Positions 35,765 through 44,850 of a DNA stretch of 64,000 nucleotides are shown one piece after another. The notes below the pieces were generated by a model that was given only the letters and a program-made list of their open reading frames with translations, made no database searches and had not been told where the DNA came from. The stretch comes from Acidobacteriota bacterium. GTDB lineage: Bacteria > Acidobacteriota > UBA6911. Made by a program: the position numbers and the translations under genes. Location: contig OY761556.1 in assembly GCA_963664705.1 (NCBI GenBank), positions 3,264,001-3,328,000 on the forward strand, read 5' to 3'. The first letter of the stretch is position 1; each line of letters begins with the position of its first letter.

Positions 35765-36802
35765 ATGAGTCGATTGCTGTCGCATTACAAAAACCGCCTG
35801 GCCATTTCCTGGAGCTATCTCGCAGGCAAATCTCTTGTCGCAGGCGGGCCCAAGTATATCCTGATGGAGTCCACCGGGAAATGTAATCTCTCCTGCCCGA
35901 TGTGTCCGAGAGAGCTCGTCAAATTTGAGCCGGCAGACATTGCCCTGCCCCTTTTTGAAAAGGTCGTTGATGCATCGAAGGACTTCCTGGAATTTATCGT
36001 GCCCTACGGCGGCGGCGAGCCGATGCTGAACCCCCGAATTTTCGACATGATTCGATTCTGCCGTGAACGGGACCTGCGCGTGGGTTTTTCCACCAATGGC
36101 ACGATAAACAATCCGGAACGAAACAGGAAACTGCTGGAAGCGGGGCTGGATTACATCATCTTCGCCTTCGATGGCGCAACCAAGGAGACCTACGAGAAAT
36201 ACCGCAGAGGCGCCATTTTTGAAGACACGCGCGACAAAATTCTGCAGTTTCTGTCGCTCAAGCAGGAGCTGAAGGCCGAAACCTTCACAATCATACAAAT
36301 GGTTCGGCTCAAGGACAACGCGTCCGAAGTCGACGCTTTTCGAAAAATGTGGTCGATTCCCGGCGTGGATCAGGTCCGCATCAAAGAAGATGAAATGCAG
36401 TTCACGGGGACAGCGATTCCCCGTTCAAAAGCCGGCAGCAGGCGCCGGAATCCCTGCCACCATCTGTGGCAGGGCCCCGTGTATGTCAACCACAAGGGAA
36501 GCGTTTTTCCCTGCTGCTATATGTGGCGTGGAGAACCCATTGGGGATGCCAACCACGAACCGCTGGTAAAAATCTGGAATAACGCGCAGATGCAGAAACT
36601 GCGTCAGGCACATATTGACGGCAGGATTGATGCGTATCCGGATTGCGTGCACTGCCTTGCCCCCAGGCCGCGACTGCCGTTCATTCTGGGTAGTTTTGTA
36701 GTCAACGGCCTTGCCGCAAGGAAGCTGGTCCCTCTGATTGAGAAGCTGGCACTGCGGTTCAAAGCTCCTGTTTTCGAAAACCGCATTTCGGATGAAGCCT
36801 GA
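35765..36802 (+). CDS. Radical SAM protein with SPASM/Twitch domain (paralog of 29581)
   Basis: CNLSCPMC, GGEPMLNP, STNGT; PCHHLW..VFPCC..CVHC. Confidence 0.9.
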   Translation: MSRLLSHYKNRLAISWSYLAGKSLVAGGPKYILMESTGKCNLSCPMCPRELVKFEPADIALPLFEKVVDASKDFLEFIVPYGGGEPMLNPRIFDMIRFCRERDLRVGFSTNGTINNPERNRKLLEAGLDYIIFAFDGATKETYEKYRRGAIFEDTRDKILQFLSLKQELKAETFTIIQMVRLKDNASEVDAFRKMWSIPGVDQVRIKEDEMQFTGTAIPRSKAGSRRRNPCHHLWQGPVYVNHKGSVFPCCYMWRGEPIGDANHEPLVKIWNNAQMQKLRQAHIDGRIDAYPDCVHCLAPRPRLPFILGSFVVNGLAARKLVPLIEKLALRFKAPVFENRISDEA

Positions 36803-36835
36803 CCCCCAAGACCGCCGCCGTCCCGCGAGAAGTAC

Positions 36836-36925
36836 CAGGCCCGGAGGGCCGAAAGCAAGTAGCCAGGGGTGAGCGCAGCGAACCCCTGGATTGGATTAGA
36901 CCAGTAACAAGCCCTCCTAAGGCGC
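36836..36925 (+). repeat. REP-like element copy C (intact equivalent of the IS target)
   Basis: CAGGCCCGGAGGGCCGAAAGCAAGTAGCCAGGGGTGAGCGCAGCGAACCCCTGG. Confidence 0.85.
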
Positions 36926-37066
36926 TCGATGCAAATCGGGAATCATAACTATATTTGTTCCAAGTATTTAACTAAACAGAGAAAAAGCAAAAAATAAATC
37001 GAGTTCCCTTGATGTTTGGAACACCACCGGTGGGCGGGCTGCTGAAGGGGCGGCAGAAGGCGCCGA

Positions 37067-37342
37067 TCTTTCGCCCTTTCAGGGCTCTTTCTCGCGCCCA
37101 TCTTTACCAGGGGTTCGCTGCGCTCACCCCTGGCTACTTTCTGATCGCCCCTGCCGGGGCTGGTATGCATTGCGATTCCAAGTTCCCTGGGCAAATAGTA
37201 TGCGGCATCAGCCGGATGGCGGTGCTTCCAGCGCAAACTTCCCCCAAAAAGCCGGGGCTGGATTGGTTCGACCCAACGCAGGAATGATTGTCAACCTTTC
37301 TGATCGCCCCTGCCGGGGCTGATATGTGCGGCATTAGCCGGA
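37067..37342 (-). repeat. REP-like element copy D (37067-37215) and partial copy E (37296-37342)
   Basis: CCAGGGGTTCGCTGCGCTCACCCCTGGCTACTTTCTGATCGCCCCTGCCGGGGCT; the last part recurs at 37296. Confidence 0.85.
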
Positions 37343-37383
37343 ATTGCAGCAGTCCTAGTAGCGGCCAGGGGTGATCTCTCTGC

Positions 37384-38178
37384 TCAGGAGCGGCGAAAAA
37401 CGGTTTCGTGGTAATGCCGGCTCAATACATCCTCCAGTTTCCTCTCGAAAATCGGAGAATGCCTCAACCCCATGCGCTGCAGCAGCAGGCCCAGCATCAC
37501 GCCAACCGTTTTGCATCCGTAGATCGTACTTACCTTGAAATTTACACTGGAGGCTTCCGGGAAATAGCGGGCCTGCACGGCAATTTCCTCTATATTGAAG
37601 CCCATATAAACGGCCTGGGCAATCATCTGAGAATCGAAAACAAAATCGTCGGAGTTCAGCAGGAACGGAACCGTGGTCAGCAATTTACGGCTATAGGCAC
37701 GGAACCCGCTGTGGCAATCGGTAAATTTGCGTCGGTAGAGAATATTCTCGGCAATCGTCAGGAAGCGGTTGGCCACAAATTTCCAGAACGGCATTCCCCC
37801 TTCAAGCGCACGGCCGTTTAGGATGCGGGAGCCCATCACCATGTCTGCCCTCCCGTCGAGAATCGGAGCAACCATTTCCGGCACGAGTTTTGAATCGTAC
37901 TGGTGATCGGGGTGAAGCATGACGACAACATCGGCCCCTTCCTTGAGGGCCTCAAGATAACAAGTCTTCTGGTTACCGCCATAGCCGCGGTTCTGAACGT
38001 GGATCACCACGGACAGACCGAGCGCCCGGGCGACTTCGACAGTCTGATCCTGGCTGACATCATCGACCAGGATGATCTTGTGTATCTTATCCTTGGGAAT
38101 GTCTGCGTACGTTTTTTCAAGAGTCTTCGCGGCATTGTATGCCGGAAGCACAATCACAATGCGTGCATCTGAAGTCAT
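37384..38178 (-). CDS. GT2 family polyprenol-phosphate glycosyltransferase (DPM1-like)
   Basis: VLPAYNAA, LVDDVSQD, NRGYGGNQK, HPDHQY, GSR, HSGFRAY. Confidence 0.88.
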   Translation of the reverse strand: MTSDARIVIVLPAYNAAKTLEKTYADIPKDKIHKIILVDDVSQDQTVEVARALGLSVVIHVQNRGYGGNQKTCYLEALKEGADVVVMLHPDHQYDSKLVPEMVAPILDGRADMVMGSRILNGRALEGGMPFWKFVANRFLTIAENILYRRKFTDCHSGFRAYSRKLLTTVPFLLNSDDFVFDSQMIAQAVYMGFNIEEIAVQARYFPEASSVNFKVSTIYGCKTVGVMLGLLLQRMGLRHSPIFERKLEDVLSRHYHETVFRRS

Positions 38179-38180
38179 GG

Positions 38181-39179
38181 CTATACGTGGTAATAATCCG
38201 TTTTATATGAATCCGCGCGGCTCCGGAACCAATCCACCGTCTGCTCCAGGCCTTCTGCCAAGGTGAATCCCGGTTGCCAGCGCAGCCGCATCCGAGCATT
38301 TTCATTGGATGCGAATAGACGTTCAACTTCGCTCGTTTTAGGGCGGCGCCTGTTCGAGTCCTCAACAATGATCAGTTTCTTCTTCAATACTTTTCCAACA
38401 GCCTGTGCCAGTTCCAGCACGGAATGCTCGGTCTGAGAGCCGAGTTGAATTGTTGCTCCTTCAACATCGGGCGCCGAGGACGCGGCCATAAAGCCCCGCA
38501 CCGTGTCCTTCACAAAAGTCATATCCCGCGTTGCTTCCACATTGCCCAGCCGAATGCGACGTGATCGCAGGGCCTGTATGATGATAGCAGGAATGACCGC
38601 GCGAGGAGACTGGCGTGGTCCGTAGGTGTTAAACGGCCGCACGATGACAACCGGCAGCTTGTAGGTTCGGAAAAAGCTCTCCGCCAGTTTGTCGCTTCCG
38701 ACCTTGGACGCGGCATAGGGAGACTGCGGATTCAATGGGTGCTTTTCATCCATCGGGACGTATTGTGCCGTGCCATAGACTTCACTAGTGGAAGTCTGAA
38801 CGACTCGTTCCACGTCGGATTCCAGGCTGGCCTGAAGAACATGCAGCGTGCCCAGAACATTAGTATGGATAACGTCCGCAGGATTCACGTAAGAGTAGGG
38901 GATTCCGATCAGCGCGCCAAGATGGAACACCCGATGACAGCCGTGTACCGCTTTGCGAACGCATTCCGGATCGCGAAGATCCCCGGAAATCACCTCAATG
39001 GAATTCAGGCTCTTTTTATCAAGATCGTGCAGCATCCCCCAGTCGCTTCGGGAATTGTAATGTACCAGTGCCCTGACATGGGCTCCCGCCATGAGGCAGT
39101 GCTCACACAGATGGCTGCCGATAAATCCGCCCGCTCCCGTAATCAGAATTTTCGACTGCGCCAGGCTTCTCATATGCAA
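38181..39179 (-). CDS. NAD-dependent nucleotide-sugar 4,6-dehydratase/epimerase (SDR)
   Basis: GAGGFIG, ALIGIPYSY, TSTSEVYG, YAASK, RPFNTYGP. Confidence 0.9.
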   Translation of the reverse strand: MHMRSLAQSKILITGAGGFIGSHLCEHCLMAGAHVRALVHYNSRSDWGMLHDLDKKSLNSIEVISGDLRDPECVRKAVHGCHRVFHLGALIGIPYSYVNPADVIHTNVLGTLHVLQASLESDVERVVQTSTSEVYGTAQYVPMDEKHPLNPQSPYAASKVGSDKLAESFFRTYKLPVVIVRPFNTYGPRQSPRAVIPAIIIQALRSRRIRLGNVEATRDMTFVKDTVRGFMAASSAPDVEGATIQLGSQTEHSVLELAQAVGKVLKKKLIIVEDSNRRRPKTSEVERLFASNENARMRLRWQPGFTLAEGLEQTVDWFRSRADSYKTDYYHV

Positions 39180-39239
39180 CGATCATCCTACCCTAATTTT
39201 TGTCCGGAAACCCGATTTCTTTGACGGGGCTTCCAAAAT

Positions 39240-40256
39240 CTATCGAACTCGAGCGCTGGCCCAGATCGTCCCACCGGCCCCGATCGCGCTTTCCAGCCAT
39301 GCAGCCGGAAGAGAGAGCAGAAACATCCCCAGATATGCCATCTCAATCGCGCCGCCCAGGACTGCATTCGAATCCAGCCGCATGCCTTTGCGATGGATCG
39401 GATCCATCCAGAGAGCCAAGCTGGAAGCTATGGACGCCGGGTTATCGCGCAGCGAGAACCGTGTGCTCAGGCGGAAGTCGAATCCTTCCTGCCGCAACAA
39501 GTGTGCGAGCGCTTTGGGCGTGTAGTTGATCACGTGGCGCGGAACGTCGAGCCCATACCAGCGATTTCCGAACAGGCGCGCCTGCCCGGAGGATACATTG
39601 GGCACCTGAAGGATCAACAAACCACCTGGCTTCAACAGCTCTTTCGCAAAACTCAGCGCCATCCCAGGGTCGGGAAGATGTTCCAGGACGTGAAACATGG
39701 TGACAAAGTCAAACTTCGCCCCACTCCAGACCTTGCTGCCGATCTCGCCTTGCCGCACCGGGCACCCGGTCTGTTTTTGAGCAATCTCAACGGCGCGCTT
39801 GGACACATCCATCCCATGCGGAGTGAAGCCGCGTGACCCGGCTGCCAGCAGGAAGGTCCCGTTGCCGCAACCGATATCCAGCAGAAGGCGTTCGCTTCGC
39901 GGTCGCCCGCTGGCGCATTCTTCCACGAAGCGAGCATGATCCCGCGTTACAAACTCCCGGTAGGCTTTCTCGAGACTGAGGAAAGCACGCTTCAGGCGGC
40001 TTGCGCCCGACTCCGCGCCAGCCCACCAATATTCTCTCGGATAGAATGCCGCCAGCTCCGATGATGCCGGCAGGGGGTCCAGGAATATGCAGTGACACTG
40101 AGAGCATTGGAAAAGGTCAAAACTGCCGGTGGCCAGGTGAAAAAGTCGATCCATGCCGGACGGGCGCTTCGCCAACATCCGGGAGGCGCAGATCGGACAA
40201 GTGCCTTGTCGCGGGTTATTCGCGGATTGAAGGGGGACTGCAGGGCGGGATTTCAC
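39240..40256 (-). CDS. Class I SAM-dependent methyltransferase with N-terminal zinc ribbon
   Basis: CPIC..CSQC, LDIGCGNG, FHVLEHL, VPN, PRH. Confidence 0.85.
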   Translation of the reverse strand: MKSRPAVPLQSANNPRQGTCPICASRMLAKRPSGMDRLFHLATGSFDLFQCSQCHCIFLDPLPASSELAAFYPREYWWAGAESGASRLKRAFLSLEKAYREFVTRDHARFVEECASGRPRSERLLLDIGCGNGTFLLAAGSRGFTPHGMDVSKRAVEIAQKQTGCPVRQGEIGSKVWSGAKFDFVTMFHVLEHLPDPGMALSFAKELLKPGGLLILQVPNVSSGQARLFGNRWYGLDVPRHVINYTPKALAHLLRQEGFDFRLSTRFSLRDNPASIASSLALWMDPIHRKGMRLDSNAVLGGAIEMAYLGMFLLSLPAAWLESAIGAGGTIWASARVR

Positions 40257-40984
40257 CCCTGCTTCTCCTGCGTCGTATCGGCAAAATGCACTGCCGGTGC
40301 CGGGCCAAGTCCGATGCTGAATCGTTTGCGCAGGAGGAAGAAAAGATTGGTAAATCCGTCTCGCCAGGGATTCAGCTTAATCTCCCCCATCCGGTTGGAA
40401 TAGTCGATGTAGATTTCCTTGAAGCCTATCTTCCTGCTGGTGATTGCCTCGATCTTGATTTCTTCGCTGAAAGCCATTCCGTCGCTGACCAGGTGCATAT
40501 CACTGAGGCAGGCGCGCTCGAACACCCACATCCCGGATTGGGAGTCGCGGACCCAGCGGAAGAAGAGCACCGACATGGCCATGCTTAAAAGTTTGTTTCC
40601 CCACCAGTGCTTGATCGACATCGCCTCTTTGTTTTTGACGGGAAACCTGGAAGCGGAGAGGAAACGAACGTGAGAACGGAGAAACGCTTCCAGCAGGTAT
40701 GAGATTGCGTCCGGCGGATAGGACTGATCTCCATCCAGAGTGACGATGATGTCGCCGCGCGCCTGGAGCAAGCCGGTCTTATAGGCCCGGCCATAGCCGC
40801 GAACGCTTTCGTGGATGACACGGGCGCCGTAGCTTTTGGCCACCTCCGCGGTGCGGTCCGTGGAGTTGTTGTCGACGACGACAACTTCATCCACAAGCGA
40901 GGGCATGCGGGAAAGGACCTCGGCAATCCCCTGCTCTTCGTTAAGACAGGGAATAACCACAGTGATACGGCGGCCTTTGTACAT
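40253..40984 (-). CDS. GT2 family (DPM1-like) glycosyltransferase
   Basis: VIPCLNEE, VDNNSTDRT, GYGRA, LDGD, DSQSGM. Confidence 0.9.
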   Translation of the reverse strand: MYKGRRITVVIPCLNEEQGIAEVLSRMPSLVDEVVVVDNNSTDRTAEVAKSYGARVIHESVRGYGRAYKTGLLQARGDIIVTLDGDQSYPPDAISYLLEAFLRSHVRFLSASRFPVKNKEAMSIKHWWGNKLLSMAMSVLFFRWVRDSQSGMWVFERACLSDMHLVSDGMAFSEEIKIEAITSRKIGFKEIYIDYSNRMGEIKLNPWRDGFTNLFFLLRKRFSIGLGPAPAVHFADTTQEKQG

Positions 40985-41058
40985 AAGCGCTGATCATATC
41001 GCACGCGCCCACACAGTCGCAAGCATCTGTATGGCGCGACGGGGGGATTGAAAACAGG

Positions 41059-42516
41059 TTACACCCCGGCTTCCCGAATATACAGGGGGAGATGGGCATC
41101 GGGAGGCTTTCGGCGAAACAGCCTTTTCAGGTTCAAAATACTGGACCATATGACCTGAGTATTCACGAGGCTTTCTCTGCCTAGTTGCCACATGATCCGC
41201 GGCCGGCCATAAAACCGGATATACGCGCGCCGATAGAGTTCAAACAGGCGCTTGTTGCTGAGATGATTCCGCTCAAAGGAAACCTGTTCGGTCGTGCAGG
41301 TATCCCAATTGATGGAATCCAGGGACAGCTTGTTCTCGCGGAGCGCCTCGTTGAACAGCGCAGTTCCGGGTACCGGTATCACAATACTGAAATTTGCCCG
41401 GCTCAACGGGAGCTCCACGGCGAGGTTGATCGTTTCCATGATCTCCGCCTCCGTTTCGTCCATGAAGCCAAGCATGAAGTATCCGATGATTTTCATCCGG
41501 CTGTTTGCGGCAACCATGCGGGCTTGCCTCCGAATGGTATCCACCGTGACTTTCTTCTGAATAACCTGCTGCATTCTTTCGCTGCCGGATTCAATCCCTA
41601 CGGCAATGCACTCGCACCCGGCCGTCTCCATAAGCCGGAGCAGTTCCGGATTCAATGAATCCAGCCGCAATCCCACCGGGCAGTCCCATTTCAGGTTGAA
41701 CTGGGCTTGAATAACACGCTCGCAGAATTCCGAGGCGTACCGTTGATCCAGGGTAAATTCGTCGTCGACGATGCTGAACCGTGTGATGTTGTAGCGTTTC
41801 TTCAGAAACGCGAGCTCTTCCATGACGCGGTCGAGGTTGCGATGACGCAGCTTCTTGCCGGACAGTCCGGGTGTATTGCAGTAAATGCATGGATACGGAC
41901 AGCCACGCGTTGTCAGGAGAGGATAGTATTCGTTATAGATAAAACCCGGGTACGTATCGGGCTTGATGAGCTCCCATGCTGGCATGCCAAAGGCATCCAA
42001 ATCCTCGGTAAAGCCGACCGGGTTGAGCATGATCTTCTGCTGCGCAACGCTGCGCCAGACCAATCCCGGGATATCCAGCAGGAAGCTCTCCGGGATTTCC
42101 CTCCCGTGCTTCCCGATGAGAGAAACCAGCTTCGGCAGCCCGATTTCCGCTTCGGACCTCCAGGCGAAATCGAGGTCGGGCATGGAGTTCAGGACAAACT
42201 CCGGAAGCGCGGATGGGTGAGGGCCGCCGACAAGCGTCACTGCCTTCGGGCAAACCTGCCGAACGATCTTCAGGTGATGCTTGACGTAGTTGTGATCCCG
42301 GCTGTAGCAGCGAAACCCAATGATGTCAAAGGAACTCGATTTCAGAAACTCCTTAAAGCCGGCGAAGTTCATTCCTTCCTTGGGGCAGTCCAGCAGGGTT
42401 ACCGCATGGCCATGCTTCTGCAGCGCTGTTCCCAAAATGATGATTCCCAGGTCGGGGGCAATCTGCAGATTGTTCCCTTCGCGAACCGGCAGTACGAGCA
42501 AAATGTTCAGACTCAT
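41059..42516 (-). CDS. Cobalamin-binding radical SAM protein (class B methyltransferase-like)
   Basis: B12-binding domain (LG..ILG, VGGPHPS), TRGCPYPCIYC, DDEFT, GIESGS. Confidence 0.88.
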   Translation of the reverse strand: MSLNILLVLPVREGNNLQIAPDLGIIILGTALQKHGHAVTLLDCPKEGMNFAGFKEFLKSSSFDIIGFRCYSRDHNYVKHHLKIVRQVCPKAVTLVGGPHPSALPEFVLNSMPDLDFAWRSEAEIGLPKLVSLIGKHGREIPESFLLDIPGLVWRSVAQQKIMLNPVGFTEDLDAFGMPAWELIKPDTYPGFIYNEYYPLLTTRGCPYPCIYCNTPGLSGKKLRHRNLDRVMEELAFLKKRYNITRFSIVDDEFTLDQRYASEFCERVIQAQFNLKWDCPVGLRLDSLNPELLRLMETAGCECIAVGIESGSERMQQVIQKKVTVDTIRRQARMVAANSRMKIIGYFMLGFMDETEAEIMETINLAVELPLSRANFSIVIPVPGTALFNEALRENKLSLDSINWDTCTTEQVSFERNHLSNKRLFELYRRAYIRFYGRPRIMWQLGRESLVNTQVIWSSILNLKRLFRRKPPDAHLPLYIREAGV

Positions 42517-42580
42517 GAGACGAGATTACCCCAGCCGAAGCGCGCGAGACAAATGAATTTGGCCAAAACGCGATCCTGCT

Positions 42581-42608
42581 TTGACTGGGTGCGTTGGAGC
42601 GTTATAAT
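42581..42608 (+). promoter_or_regulatory. Sigma70 promoter of ssrA
   Basis: TTGACT-N16-TATAAT, 19 nt upstream of the tmRNA. Confidence 0.75.
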
Positions 42609-42627
42609 TAATAGGTACATATCATGA

Positions 42628-42977
42628 GGGGGTGAACTGGATTCGACGGTAATCATGAGACAATTGAGGCATGTCCGAGTACCTGGATCTCGGAATAATC
42701 TCTAGGAAAACAATTAATCGCCAACGAACAGTTGCCGATGGCTGCCTAATAGGTGGCCCGTCACCCCATGCTCCGCCCATGGTGTGGGAGCGTGACGACC
42801 GCAGTGGGATGCGCCAGGTTCAAACTTGTAGACCTGGCTAAGATTACAAGTTAGCGAGGAAGCGTCCCTGTGAGTTCGTACGACTCGATCGCGAAATCTG
42901 TAACGGACTCAATAAACATGTAGTCTCAATTGATCGAAGGTTGTCGGACGCGGGTTCGATTCCCGCCACCTCCACCA
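42628..42977 (+). ncRNA. ssrA: tmRNA; tag reading frame 42720-42749 encodes ANEQLPMAA*
   Basis: 5' GGGGGTGAACTGGATTCGAC; 3' GACGCGGGTTCGATTCCCGCCACCTCCACCA; tag ends AA-TAA-TAG. Confidence 0.96.
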
Positions 42978-43051
42978 GCCTTCGCTAAAGCTCCGGCTGG
43001 CCAGCCGGAGTTTTAGCGAAGGCTGTCCGCCGAAGCGCCGCGAAGGCGGAC
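42978..43051 (+). repeat. Palindromic repeat anchored at the tmRNA CCA
   Basis: GCCTTCGCTAAAGCTCCGGCTGG-CCAGCCGGAGTTTTAGCGAAGGC near-perfect 46-nt hairpin, then a related small hairpin at 43025-43051. Confidence 0.85.
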
Positions 43052-43133
43052 CCTACCGCCAAACATGCCCTGTCGAAGACAACGCTCCTGCAAGTTTTAT
43101 TGGCTCAATTCTCCTCCACTTCATTAGTTAAGC

Positions 43134-43376
43134 ATGAAATATGTATACCTTCTGCAAAGCATCGCATGCCCGGGACAACGCTACGTCGGGCTGACTGAAA
43201 ACCTTTGCCGGCGCCTGGCCGCCCATAATAGCTGCCGTTCACGCCACACCTCAAAATATGCCCCTTGGCGTATTGTTGCAGCAATTCGCTTTATCGACGA
43301 TCAGCGCGCCGTCGCCTTCGAGCAGTATCTCAAGTCCGGATCCGGCCGCGCTTTTGCCAACAAGCATCTCTGGTAA
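43134..43376 (+). CDS. Stand-alone GIY-YIG nuclease (UPF0213/YhbQ-like), 80 aa
   Basis: YVYLLQS..YVGLT..RRLAAHN..HTSKY.PW..FEQYLKSGSG. Confidence 0.9.
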   Translation: MKYVYLLQSIACPGQRYVGLTENLCRRLAAHNSCRSRHTSKYAPWRIVAAIRFIDDQRAVAFEQYLKSGSGRAFANKHLW

Positions 43377-43383
43377 AAATTGT

Positions 43384-43419
43384 GGACACCCATGAATTGG
43401 GGATGAATCTTGGGTGTCC
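43384..43419. repeat. Short palindrome GGACACCCA...TGGGTGTCC
   Basis: 9-bp inverted repeat between the GIY-YIG stop and the Rhs remnant. Confidence 0.55.
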
Positions 43420-43450
43420 CGAATTTGGATTTTGATAGACGCAAAATCCT

Positions 43451-43492
43451 TCCGTCTGGATCCACGAGATTCACGGGATCATTTTTGACGTA
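43451..43492 (-). pseudogene. Rhs repeat-associated core C-terminal motif remnant
   Basis: YVKNDPVNLVDPDG fits the Y..NNP.N..DP.G Rhs core signature; no upstream Rhs body. Confidence 0.7.
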
Positions 43493-43546
43493 AATGGCAT
43501 GTGTCACGATTTATCCATCACTGAGAACCGCTATCTCTTGGGTCGG

Positions 43547-44155
43547 TCATTGCGGAGAATGCGGCAAACTAATGGTAACTTCCGTGGACGACAACATGGT
43601 CACCTGTTTTAAAAATATAGATTCAGTTCCCTTCATGATGGCCAGGACATATTCTCCAAATGGAAGTCCAGTCAGAATAAATTTTCCATCGATCACTTCA
43701 TTTTCAGCGTAGTATTTGTTGCCGGTGATTGGTAACAAGCGGACCCACAATTTGGCACTTTCAGGAGGAGATGGAACAATCCTTCCCTGACATACACTAA
43801 CCGGCCCATCAGATATTCTGGCTATCGAGAGAAAGATACGAAACGATATCTGCGGTTGCATAGCGCTCAAATGCTCTTCATGCCAGCTAAAACCAGTCGC
43901 TTTGATTCGTAGGATATAGTATCCGAATGGAACAATCGCGCTTAATAGGCCTTCTTTGATACTTATTTGCTTCGAATAATCTTTGCCAGACCCTTCTTCC
44001 ACCAATTCAGCGTTGAAATTCTTTATTGAGGCAGCTAAGGGATATCCCAGAACGATAGCTTGAATATGCGCCTCAGGAACATCCTTGGCTGTGGCTTGTC
44101 CAATTGTAATCTGCAGCAAGCAGATCCAAAGAGTCGCGCTCACTATTTTCGTCAT
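43547..44155 (-). CDS. Secreted low-GC protein with tandem beta-sandwich (carboxypeptidase-regulatory-like) domains; candidate immunity protein
   Basis: Signal peptide MTKIVSATLWICLLQ..ATA; two VPFGYY.L / LPFGEY.L motifs; TAATG coupling to the upstream fragment. Confidence 0.6.
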   Translation of the reverse strand: MTKIVSATLWICLLQITIGQATAKDVPEAHIQAIVLGYPLAASIKNFNAELVEEGSGKDYSKQISIKEGLLSAIVPFGYYILRIKATGFSWHEEHLSAMQPQISFRIFLSIARISDGPVSVCQGRIVPSPPESAKLWVRLLPITGNKYYAENEVIDGKFILTGLPFGEYVLAIMKGTESIFLKQVTMLSSTEVTISLPHSPQ

Positions 44156-44310
44156 TATTTGCCCTTTCCTTTCACGCAATAATTTTCAATCCAGTTTGAA
44201 ATGTTTATTGAGGGCCCATGGCTCAAGCGCAGGGTATCCTGGATTTGCTCATCGCCCAAGCCTCTTGATTCCAACCACTTGATTTCAGATTCCAGACAAT
44301 AGACCGGGGG
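44155..44310 (-). pseudogene. Orphan C-terminal fragment, possible toxin tip
   Basis: ...GLGDEQIQDTLRLSHGPSINISNWIENYCVKGKGK* with stop overlapping the next ATG; no credible start. Confidence 0.35.
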
Positions 44311-44376
44311 GTGCAGGTAAAGTCTGCACATACATGCGTTTACTTGCACTTACGGCATTGAGGCAAGGATCGTCCC

Positions 44377-44407
44377 AAAAAGAGGCCACTCCGAGAAGCG
44401 GCCTCTC
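44377..44407 (-). terminator. Rho-independent terminator
   Basis: GAGAGGCCGCTTCTCGGAGTGGCCTCTTTTT on the minus strand. Confidence 0.7.
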
Positions 44408-44420
44408 GTAATTTTGCAAT

Positions 44421-44850
44421 TTATTGTTTGCTGCCTTGAACGGTCAGATCATAACCAAGCAACAAGGAAACAGGATTGCCTTCCAAATCAAATGTATTGA
44501 GGCGCATGTCGATTACATGCAGTCCTGCTTGCAACGGAGTTTAGACTAGATAAACGCCGACGGTTGTATCCATATCCACAAATTGGAATGGGGCGGCAAA
44601 GATGTATTTACCCAAGTCCCTCACCTTCACACCATTAATTGCGCAGGTGAGATCGCCGTTGGATGTCATGTATTGAAGCATTTCTACATAAGCGTCTTTA
44701 TCCGCAATGCTAATTGGTATACCGACCACCCAAACCAAAACGGCCTTTCCCAGCGGCACAACCGCAGGAAACCGCTGTGGAACCTCATTCCATTGTGTAC
44801 TCGGTAGGAAAAGCTTGGGTCTTTGATCAAGTAGGTATTTCTACGGATTG
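44421..44850 (-). pseudogene. 5'-truncated hypothetical gene with an internal TAA (44541-44543)
   Basis: Frame continues through the stop (TPLQAGLHVIDMRL...YDLTVQGSKQ*) and ends just before the terminator. Confidence 0.5.

Noticed and set aside
29581-36802. RiPP cluster (SPASM peptide maturases)
   Set aside because: No precursor peptide, RRE/PqqD domain, peptidase or transporter; neighbours are sugar enzymes.
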